Source: an uncultured virus (IMG/VR IMGVR_UViG_3300010412_000006) (taxonomy: Duplodnaviria; Heunggongvirae; Uroviricota; Caudoviricetes). Taken from it: a stretch of 20,000 nt of DNA. The stretch lies in IMG/VR virus record IMGVR_UViG_3300010412_000006. The stretch is one strand, 5' to 3'. The translations under genes and the position numbers were made by a program. Below are positions 8,866 through 16,517 of this stretch, piece after piece (the stretch's first letter is position 1; every line of letters begins with the position of its first letter). The notes beneath the pieces were generated by a model. The model did not search any database and was not told the origin of the DNA. It worked only from the letters and a program-made list of their open reading frames with translations.

Positions 8866-9848
8866 AAAGACTGTATGTAGAAATTGCCGACGACGACGAA
8901 AAGAGATCCATGGGTCTCATGTTTCGCGACAGGATTGCGTCCGACCACGGCATGCTCTTCGTATTCGGCAGCCATCGCCCCATGTCTTTCTGGATGAAAT
9001 ACACGCCCGTCCCTCTTGACATCGCCTTTCTCGATGATGATTTCAACATTGTCGAAATAAAGGAGATGGTTCCGTATTCGACAAAGTCAGTGAAGTCGGC
9101 CGGCAAGCACAGGTACGCTCTTGAAGTCAATCACGGATGGTTTGAGGAAAACGGGATAGGAATCGGCTCGAAACTCAAGACTGCCAGAATGATATCGTTC
9201 GAAGAGGATATTCCGACAGGGCCGACGGAACAGCCTCCTCCTGTAGAAATTCCTCCGACAGGCGGTCCGGAAGTCAAGGACGTTAAGAAAACAGAGCCGC
9301 CTAAAGACGTGGCGGTCGTTCTGTCATTCAAGGAAGCGGCGAAAGTGGCGGAGATGAACGATCTTGCCATAGCCATTAGATATCGGTTCGACGAAGGAGG
9401 TGAGAGATCGTACCTTCTTCTTCCGGACGACGGCTATGATATGGTTCCCGGAAGGGAAAAAGAGATTGTCAAGGCAAGGCATAAGCACAGCGGCGGAGTT
9501 CCGTGGAATTTCATAATAGATAATATTATAAAACACGACTTGTATTACAAGAAAGACGGAACATGGGTTCGTATCGAAAATCCGGCGCCAGATGTCATGG
9601 GTGAAGATTTTTCTCTTGTCGCCGCTAAAAGCTCTCCCGTCGTCAAGCTGTCTGCCGAAGATCTTGTCATGACGAAGGAGTCTCAGTCGTATTCCGACGG
9701 CGGTCAGCTGATGATGACCGAATATTGGGACGACATAAAGAAAAGAAAAGGAAGTGGAAAGACAGAAGGTCAGGCGATACTTGATTACCTTGCTGAGAAC
9801 AGCAAGAGGAATTCTCCCAAAAAGAGAAAACGCCGAAAGAAAAAGTAG
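8862..9848 (+). CDS. DUF192-family domain fused through a Pro-rich linker to a WYL-like domain, with a basic C-terminal tail
   Basis: The N-terminal ~105 aa carry the DUF192 signature (VEIAD...RSMGLMFR...GMLFVF...FWMKYT.VPLDIAFLD...YALEVNHGWF...GIGIG). Then a Pro-rich linker, a segment IAIRY...GGERSYLLLP...FIIDNI similar to WYL (Y....R.v.P....FrldRI), and a KKRKRRKKK end. Confidence 0.85.
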   Translation: MKRLYVEIADDDEKRSMGLMFRDRIASDHGMLFVFGSHRPMSFWMKYTPVPLDIAFLDDDFNIVEIKEMVPYSTKSVKSAGKHRYALEVNHGWFEENGIGIGSKLKTARMISFEEDIPTGPTEQPPPVEIPPTGGPEVKDVKKTEPPKDVAVVLSFKEAAKVAEMNDLAIAIRYRFDEGGERSYLLLPDDGYDMVPGREKEIVKARHKHSGGVPWNFIIDNIIKHDLYYKKDGTWVRIENPAPDVMGEDFSLVAAKSSPVVKLSAEDLVMTKESQSYSDGGQLMMTEYWDDIKKRKGSGKTEGQAILDYLAENSKRNSPKKRKRRKKK

Positions 9849-9879
9849 GTGTCGTTCCCTGGTCTTCGGCGGAGTATAA

Positions 9880-12800
9880 ATGGCTAATCTATTCGGAGAG
9901 TGGCGTGCAAACATAGTCCTTCCTGGCGCTGATGCCACGGAAGTGATTCCTCGCGAGCAGGACAGGCACCTGTTCGACGCAGGGAATCCGGAAACGGATC
10001 AGATAACTCATCACATGAGATCTGATCTGATTCATTCTCCGGTAAATCCGGTCATCGGCGGTGGATCCGATCTTTCCGTCGTGGGAATGTCAGCCAGAAA
10101 GACCAGTGTAAAAGCCGGGGAAGTCGCCTTCGCCGCAATACCTGCCGTCTATTCGTCATCGTCATCAAAAAGTTCGTCAAGTTCAGAATCTTCAAGTTCA
10201 AGCTTTAGTTCGAGCGATACAGGAGGAGACGGGAAGAACAACTGGCTCTACGGGGTTTGCCCAGCCGTCTCGAGTTCCTCGTCATCATCCCCCATCGACA
10301 ACCATCTTTACTCCAACGGTACGGAAATATTTGTGCTTCCTGCAAATTACGGGCCGGCAGTGAAGGTGCGTGATGTCGGGTGTCTTTTATATGTCGGACC
10401 AACCAATCAATCTGGAACAGTTGATCCATCTGACATTTTGTCGGGATTTGAAACTCTTGAAGATTGTGAATTTGAACAAATCGTCATAGTCCCACCCTCC
10501 GGAGGAGGTTTCACGAGTTCTGGCGAGACCTTTTTTGGCGATCCTCATCTTGTCATATTTGGACAGGCATCGGCAGATGCGTCTTGGGCGACATTCCTTT
10601 CGCTGGAGAATTCGGCCTTGTTTGCTCCGTTCAATGTGGACGATAATTCTTCCGATAACCTTATACATTACTATGTCGCCAAGAATGAAAACGATGGGAC
10701 ATGGGTAAATGTAATGTACGCCTGTAAGGAGTTTTCCTTCACTCTGACAGAATCGGGCTCCGTGGGAAGGGCGCTGTCGACGGTGGTCGTTGAAACGGAA
10801 AGCTTTCGACACATATACATGGTAGAAGGCTGTGACAATCGCAGCGTACTGTGGAAAAGATGTTCGGACGGTGTTCCCGTGGCGACATCCACTCCGGGTC
10901 GCATATCAACCGGGGCCGCCCTTCTCTGTCTTGACGGCGTCTATACGCCATGCTTCAGTGACGGACATGTCATTAATGCGCCAACCGATCCAGTATTCAT
11001 AGAAGCCCCGGATTGCCCGGCCGCAGTGGCCCACCCCATGGCTGGACAGGCATGTCCTAACAGTACCAGTTCCATAACTGAAGAAGAAATCGTTTTGTGC
11101 ATAGCGTCTACAGTGGTGACGCTTTCTGCTGATGGCGGAGAGCCTGTGCCGACTACCGGAGACACATATGATCTTGGCGGAGCCGAAATAACCGTTTCGA
11201 CAAGGTCGGTTAGCGGTCTTGATTGCGAAGCCATTGGTGACTTCACTTTTCTTGAACTTGATATCGTAGTAAGGCAGGGCGGAGTCGCCGGCACACCCAT
11301 TGGCTTGTTCGACAATACTCATATGGGGGGTGTCTATTGGTGGGCCCTTAAAAAACTTGTCGAGACAGGCCCTGTAAACAATACTTCCGCACCCGGTCAG
11401 GATGGAATACTTGAATATATCGGGATGCCAAGGTCGTTTTTCGAGTCTGGGACATGGCAAGATCAGTTGGAGCCGATTCCCATCTTCGACATAGACAGTC
11501 CGCAACCAGTGTCTACTAAGACGATTGGCGATGTCTTCACTCAATTGAGGGTTATCGACGGAACGACCGGGGAATGGAACTGGGAATGGGATCCTCTGGC
11601 TCTCCAAGAACCTCCATGTAACATTAGGTACATAAACTGTGACGATCCCTTGTCAAGTGTCGTATTGCGTGACAGTGAACCGGCTTCCATAATAAGGATT
11701 GGTGGAGCGTGCTATTATCTTGAATCAGGCTATTTGGTTTCCGATGAGCTCACCTCACCGGCACCAACCATAATCGGTAACGAATATCTTGATTGCGAAG
11801 AGTGTTCCACTTCCTACACCGTTCTCGAAGAGGGATGCTCCGGAAAGAACGAGATATGGTACAGGTGTTCCGACGACGTCGGCGTTGCCGTCGTCACTTC
11901 CGGAACAATAACCACGGCCGCCGCCCTCCTTGGTCTTGATGGTGTGTGGGTTGCATGCTACAGGAATGGTTTTGCCACCGTTGACCCGGTTACCGATCCT
12001 GATTTTATAGAATTTGCAACTTGTGAAGACGCCCTGGCAGATTCACGTGTGGGACAGGCGTGCACGGGAATCGCCACCTCCCTGTCGTCTCCTCCTACCG
12101 CAAGCGAAAGGATCATAGTTGACAATGATCTTTCTGCATATTCCAACGGTCAGATACTGAGAGTTCCCGCCGCAGCCGCAGGAACCGACTACGACGTGTG
12201 CTATGAAATGATAGCAACGACACATACTGGACCGGCAACGACGCTAAGTTCGTTTGAGGCCGTTGATTTTTGTAACCTGTGCGAACGAAATGCCGTTTAT
12301 GTCAATCTTGTCACAAGTGAGGAAAGGATACTGTGTTCAAGGATAGGTGACGTTCCCTACTTGAAGGTTGACGGTCAGTGCGAAGTTTGCTGGGCATTTG
12401 ACAGGTACACATATGAGCCATGGGAGATATGTTCCAATTCAGAGGAGTGGTACGGTCCGTCCGGGTTTAGGTTCGCCACCCTTGCGGAGTGCTCGAACTA
12501 CAAGTATGTCCACTGCACCGACCCGGTAACCTATGGAGATAAGATATTCTCCGACGACCAGGGTGCATTTGTGCTGATAGGAGATGAATGTTACCAGTTC
12601 TCCGAGCGGGTTAACGAGGCCTGCAATGAAACCGTTTCAAGCGGTACTTACACTTCCTGTGCGGATTGTGCCATCAAGTACAGGTATGTCACCTGTCCGA
12701 AGGAAGGACCGTCAAGTTACATAGTTCTCACATCGGATCCTTCCTCCACATACATAAAGGCAGGCGGAGTATGTTATGAATACGACAGCGAGAGTCGCGA

Positions 12801-14730
12801 TTATGTCCCAACAGATCCGCAGCCATCAATAGACAGCACCCACACCTCGTGTCTTAACTGCGACCCCAACTGGAGATATACGGTATGTGCTGGAGAAACC
12901 GGATCCGATTTGATATTCGAAGAGGATCAGGGTGCTTTCATCAAGGTCGGCGGAGTTTGCTATCAATATGCCGATAGGGTCGAGACTGCCTCTAATGCAT
13001 CAACCATAGACAGCACTCACACTTCATGTCTCGATTGTAATCCGAATTACGAATATATCCATTGTACCGATTCTGGAACCTATTCCAATCTGTACTTCAC
13101 ATCTGATCAAGGTGCTGTCATAAAAGTTTCCGGAGAGTGTTACGAAAGACAACTGTCTCTTGCCGCCGTCGCCGCCACTGATCCCGTGCCGACAATAGAT
13201 TCTACCCACGCGAGCTGTGAGGAATGCAGCCCGTCGGCTGCATGTTATTTGTTGCGTACTTGCAAACCACCCTTGAATTGGGACTCCAACGGCTATTGCG
13301 CCGCCGGCGGATGCAACTTTCTGGACGCACCTGTCGTAGTCTCCGCCACTATAAATGCGGTAACCAGGAACCTCGTGGCGAGTACCGCCTACAGTAATAC
13401 CTACGGGGATCTGGGAGGCGTATGCGCTTTTTCACTTGGATTGGACGAGTGGTATTTGACCTGGAACGACACGGGGGCGCCACCGGATGGAACGGGCTAC
13501 TGGCAGCTGGTCAACAGAGACGCCGGGATATATCTGGACGGCCCTGCCGATCAACCGTGCGACCCCGTAGGCCTTTACAGCGACGGCGGAGGAAACACCG
13601 GAGAAGTGGCTGTTGGAGATCCTCTTGTCTGCGAATTTCTGTGTGAAAACGACTTTGTCACGGATACCGACCTGTCTGCTGAATTCGCGGAAGGAAAGAT
13701 AATCAAGGATAGCTCGGGGAATTGCTATAACATTGTATGCACGGTCGCCTGCACGGGGCCGGTGTGGTCTGCAGGCCCGCTAAGTCCCGGGTGGACCTCC
13801 TGGGGCAGCTGCAACATGTGTCTGGATAACTGCGCCTCGTGCGACCCGGAGCTGCCGAGTACCATATCGGTACAGATAAACGATCCGTACGGTCGCACCG
13901 GATGCACCGCCGGGTCGACCAGCGGAACATTCAGCTTCGAGTATCTGGGTTCAAACCAGTGGGACGAGTGTTTCTGGGCGGCCGCTACACCCTGCGTACC
14001 AAGTACCGGTCCTGAAGCTGGAAGAAGAATTTACTATGTTATGAAGAACGGAGGGTTTTCGCCAAACTATATTATCAGCGACTATTCCCTTACGGACGGC
14101 GATACATTGACCGTGGATAAGATAGAAGACGGTACGGCCTGGTACGGGGCAGATTATTTCCATGGGTATAGCGATGACGAAACCACATGTGCCGGCGGCC
14201 CCTGCGGATTTGCTGTTCCGTTAGCGGGCCACGCCGAGGGAATGTGGGCATGGCCCCAGGACAGATCCTCGTGTACTACCCCGACCACCTGCAATGCGGC
14301 CGCCCCCAACAACTGCACGATCCCGAAGTGGCTTCGTGCGGACATACAGAACATCCCCACCGTGGATTGGGGCTTAGGGGCTTATCCTGGAAGAATTCAT
14401 CTATACGCCTATACCTCCTGTGCCTGGTTTTCATCCGGGTCGGGTTTCAACTGCAATGAGGTCGAGGTTATATGGAATAGCGGCCTAGCCCGTTGGGACG
14501 TGTTCTTCTTCAGTGCCTATGGCAGTACATGTTGCGCCTTCCGGTTTTCGAAGGCAGGCGTACAAGATCCGTGCGATCCCTACGGCACATACACCAATCC
14601 GGTCACAGAGGCCGACCGTGGATGCACAGGCCCTGGTAGTTTCCCGTTCTGTGACACCGGCGCTCCCGGCTGTCCGCAGATAGTAGCTGCACAGGCTTCC
14701 GGAATGCAAATAGTTATAAGTGCACCATAG
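9880..14730 (+). CDS. Very large (1616 aa) Ser/Thr/Cys-rich repetitive protein, probable virion surface, tail-fibre or adhesin-like protein
   Basis: GGAG RBS at about 9871; poly-Ser tracts; GDPH motif; about 8 Cys-patterned ~60-aa repeats; two further duplicated Cys modules; no obvious signal peptide or transmembrane helix. Function is inferred from composition and viral context. Confidence 0.8.
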   Translation: MANLFGEWRANIVLPGADATEVIPREQDRHLFDAGNPETDQITHHMRSDLIHSPVNPVIGGGSDLSVVGMSARKTSVKAGEVAFAAIPAVYSSSSSKSSSSSESSSSSFSSSDTGGDGKNNWLYGVCPAVSSSSSSSPIDNHLYSNGTEIFVLPANYGPAVKVRDVGCLLYVGPTNQSGTVDPSDILSGFETLEDCEFEQIVIVPPSGGGFTSSGETFFGDPHLVIFGQASADASWATFLSLENSALFAPFNVDDNSSDNLIHYYVAKNENDGTWVNVMYACKEFSFTLTESGSVGRALSTVVVETESFRHIYMVEGCDNRSVLWKRCSDGVPVATSTPGRISTGAALLCLDGVYTPCFSDGHVINAPTDPVFIEAPDCPAAVAHPMAGQACPNSTSSITEEEIVLCIASTVVTLSADGGEPVPTTGDTYDLGGAEITVSTRSVSGLDCEAIGDFTFLELDIVVRQGGVAGTPIGLFDNTHMGGVYWWALKKLVETGPVNNTSAPGQDGILEYIGMPRSFFESGTWQDQLEPIPIFDIDSPQPVSTKTIGDVFTQLRVIDGTTGEWNWEWDPLALQEPPCNIRYINCDDPLSSVVLRDSEPASIIRIGGACYYLESGYLVSDELTSPAPTIIGNEYLDCEECSTSYTVLEEGCSGKNEIWYRCSDDVGVAVVTSGTITTAAALLGLDGVWVACYRNGFATVDPVTDPDFIEFATCEDALADSRVGQACTGIATSLSSPPTASERIIVDNDLSAYSNGQILRVPAAAAGTDYDVCYEMIATTHTGPATTLSSFEAVDFCNLCERNAVYVNLVTSEERILCSRIGDVPYLKVDGQCEVCWAFDRYTYEPWEICSNSEEWYGPSGFRFATLAECSNYKYVHCTDPVTYGDKIFSDDQGAFVLIGDECYQFSERVNEACNETVSSGTYTSCADCAIKYRYVTCPKEGPSSYIVLTSDPSSTYIKAGGVCYEYDSESRDYVPTDPQPSIDSTHTSCLNCDPNWRYTVCAGETGSDLIFEEDQGAFIKVGGVCYQYADRVETASNASTIDSTHTSCLDCNPNYEYIHCTDSGTYSNLYFTSDQGAVIKVSGECYERQLSLAAVAATDPVPTIDSTHASCEECSPSAACYLLRTCKPPLNWDSNGYCAAGGCNFLDAPVVVSATINAVTRNLVASTAYSNTYGDLGGVCAFSLGLDEWYLTWNDTGAPPDGTGYWQLVNRDAGIYLDGPADQPCDPVGLYSDGGGNTGEVAVGDPLVCEFLCENDFVTDTDLSAEFAEGKIIKDSSGNCYNIVCTVACTGPVWSAGPLSPGWTSWGSCNMCLDNCASCDPELPSTISVQINDPYGRTGCTAGSTSGTFSFEYLGSNQWDECFWAAATPCVPSTGPEAGRRIYYVMKNGGFSPNYIISDYSLTDGDTLTVDKIEDGTAWYGADYFHGYSDDETTCAGGPCGFAVPLAGHAEGMWAWPQDRSSCTTPTTCNAAAPNNCTIPKWLRADIQNIPTVDWGLGAYPGRIHLYAYTSCAWFSSGSGFNCNEVEVIWNSGLARWDVFFFSAYGSTCCAFRFSKAGVQDPCDPYGTYTNPVTEADRGCTGPGSFPFCDTGAPGCPQIVAAQASGMQIVISAP
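10153..10290 (+). repeat. Poly-serine low-complexity tracts (SSSSSKSSSSSESSSSSFSSS and SSSSSSS)
   Basis: Read directly from the translation. Mixed Ser codons (tcg/tca/agt/tct/agc) show it is not a simple DNA microsatellite. Confidence 0.9.
11617..13821 (+). repeat. Array of about 8 Cys-rich ~60-aa protein repeats (Y..C...I...DQG..IKVGG.CY...IDSTH.SC..C)
   Basis: Units end in CxxC or xxxC at 11805, 12282, 12492, 12669, 12861, 13038, 13227 and 13821. The four units in 12493-13227 are the most similar to one another. Confidence 0.85.
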
Positions 14731-14739
14731 GAGTTCATA

Positions 14740-15276
14740 ATGCAAAGAATGTTACATGCAGGTTGGTTCAGACAGATACGAGAAGGACAGCTAACCCTTT
14801 CTGTATCCGATGAAGCCAGGGAGCGTCTTCCTGAATACACGGAAGACACCATAATAGATGTCCTCGAAAAGTACTTCACGGAAAATCGGGTGGCAGATGT
14901 TGTCGGAGAAGTTTCACTATATGGTGTTGAATTGGTAATCAGTGATTCTTGGTCTCAACGGATAAGGACCATGAAAGAACGAAATCCAAACTTCAAGATA
15001 CCGCCACCTCTTTTCAAGCGGTCCGAGCATCTGTCGGATATTGATTTCACAAAACTTCAAGAAAGAATTCCGGTCGCCAAAGAGCAGTCTGTGAGGGAAT
15101 CTGGCGGCTGCTCTGCGAAGCACTGCCGCCTCGGCAACCGGGAATGCATCCAGTACTGGGGTTGTCGGGATACCTGCCGCGTCGTCAGCACGCGGATCAC
15201 TTCAATGGACGCCTGTCCAGACAGAAAAGAAGCCGAAAGCGGTTCCGCTTTTTTCTCATTTTCTTCCACAGATTAG
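14740..15276 (+). CDS. Hypothetical protein, 178 aa, with a C-terminal Cys cluster (C..HC.....C.....C...C..........CP)
   Basis: AGGAG RBS overlapping the previous stop codon; six Cys in the C-terminal third; directly follows the large Cys-rich gene. Confidence 0.7.
   Translation: MQRMLHAGWFRQIREGQLTLSVSDEARERLPEYTEDTIIDVLEKYFTENRVADVVGEVSLYGVELVISDSWSQRIRTMKERNPNFKIPPPLFKRSEHLSDIDFTKLQERIPVAKEQSVRESGGCSAKHCRLGNRECIQYWGCRDTCRVVSTRITSMDACPDRKEAESGSAFFSFSSTD
15236..15262 (+). terminator. Possible weak intrinsic terminator
   Basis: Hairpin AAAGCG-gttc-CGCTTT followed by a T-rich tract, just before the AT-rich gap. The stem is short and lies inside the last codons of the 178-aa ORF. Confidence 0.3.
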
Positions 15277-15389
15277 ATTCTTTACTGTTCTAGATATATT
15301 TATTTTCTTTATTTTCTATCTTCGTTCTACTAATTCAATAATGTTGTATAATGGTCTCAATACATCTAATTTTATCAAAGGAGATCAAT
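15277..15389 (+). promoter_or_regulatory. AT-rich intergenic region with a sigma70-like -10 box and RBS for the sulfotransferase-GT-MTase operon
   Basis: Perfect TATAAT at 15347-15352, weak -35 (TTCTAC at 15325-15330, 16-nt spacer), T-rich upstream tract, and AAGGAG at 15378-15383 before ATG 15390. Confidence 0.6.
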
Positions 15390-16490
15390 ATGATAGTAGT
15401 CAGTGGTTGCCCGCGTTCTGGGACTAGCCTCATGATGTGTTGCATGCAGGCCGTCTATGGTGACGAAAGGATAATTGGAGAAAAATTCCCCATGGAGGGA
15501 CGCCACTCCATGACCCGTCGAGACGACGAGTCGGAAGAGCATTTCAGGATAAGGGAATACATACTAAACAAACGCCGTCCACGCAATGCCGACGAAATAT
15601 TCAAGAAATCAGTTGACATGAATCCGAATGGATTCTGGGAATGCAATTGGTCGGTACGCGGCATTTCATACACCTTCCACATGGCCGAAGAACTGGACAG
15701 GATCGAAAAGGAAACGGAAGAGAACATGTCCGTATGCAAGATTGTCAGCCAGGGACTCATAGCAAGTGATCCGAGGTATATTTCCAAGGTCGTCTACATG
15801 TACAGGCATCCGAGGGCCGTGGCGAAAAGCCAGGAGAGGCTGATCAGGGGGCCTAGCTACACCAATGAATTCGGCGACTTGATAAACACTTCTGAGGAGG
15901 TCAAGATACACACTCCCGAGATGTTCATAGAAGTCACGGTGATGGCGGCCGCATGGAAGCTTAAGTATCCGGATATTCCGTTTCTTCTGGTGAAATACGA
16001 CGAACTTATCGACAATCCCGAAGAAACCCTCAATGGAATAGGCGATTTTCTCAATATTGACATGTCGCCGTCCTTCGGGATTATAAACAGAGATCTCAGG
16101 AGAAGCCGTCCGGAGGAAATCGACGGAACCCTGTGGGAAGATGCCGAATTCATCTACGAGAAGTTTCTCCAGGAAGAGTATCAGGAAGTCGTCGACTACG
16201 TGTCTGACCAAAAGAGGGCCATAAACAGGTCGAAGATGAACTGGTACTGCCCTCGGGCAGGAAGACAGGTCAACGAGAGCATCTGCAAGGTTTGCGTTTC
16301 TGATGTCATTACCAGGGAGAACTTCATACATCATGCAGACTCCATGGGAATTGACTGGATAAACGAGCCGTGTCCTTACGAATGCGGTTTCAACATGGAT
16401 GTCGACGAGCACATGACTATAGAAGACAGCGTGATGAACAACTTCTGGCTTCCGGAGCGCGTCATAAACGCAACAACCATCAAGAAATAA
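15390..16490 (+). CDS. PAPS-dependent sulfotransferase (P-loop fold) with a C-terminal Cys-rich extension
   Basis: 5'-PSB loop IVVSGCPRSGTSLMM at the N-terminus, NPNGFWE, 3'-PB motif VYMYRHPRAVAKS, and VKYDELIDNPEETL..I.DFL. The start at 15390 is chosen by its AAGGAG RBS. The tail CPRAG...CKVC...CPYECG is extra. Confidence 0.85.
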   Translation: MIVVSGCPRSGTSLMMCCMQAVYGDERIIGEKFPMEGRHSMTRRDDESEEHFRIREYILNKRRPRNADEIFKKSVDMNPNGFWECNWSVRGISYTFHMAEELDRIEKETEENMSVCKIVSQGLIASDPRYISKVVYMYRHPRAVAKSQERLIRGPSYTNEFGDLINTSEEVKIHTPEMFIEVTVMAAAWKLKYPDIPFLLVKYDELIDNPEETLNGIGDFLNIDMSPSFGIINRDLRRSRPEEIDGTLWEDAEFIYEKFLQEEYQEVVDYVSDQKRAINRSKMNWYCPRAGRQVNESICKVCVSDVITRENFIHHADSMGIDWINEPCPYECGFNMDVDEHMTIEDSVMNNFWLPERVINATTIKK

Positions 16491-16517
16491 AGCGGTCATC
16501 GCATTGGAGCTACTGAG

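Noticed and set aside
9820..9848. PKKRKRRKKK as a nuclear localisation signal implying a eukaryotic virus
   Set aside because: Shine-Dalgarno sites, overlapping operonic genes, a TATAAT box and a phage-type terminase point to a prokaryotic host. A basic nucleic-acid-binding tail is the simpler explanation.
10825..12063. Duplicated module as a diversity-generating retroelement TR/VR pair
   Set aside because: Both copies are in-frame coding, they differ at all base types rather than only at adenines, and no reverse transcriptase is present in the window.
12493..13227. Repeats as a CRISPR array or DNA-level tandem repeat
   Set aside because: The similarity is at the protein level with synonymous divergence; there are no identical direct repeats separated by unique spacers.
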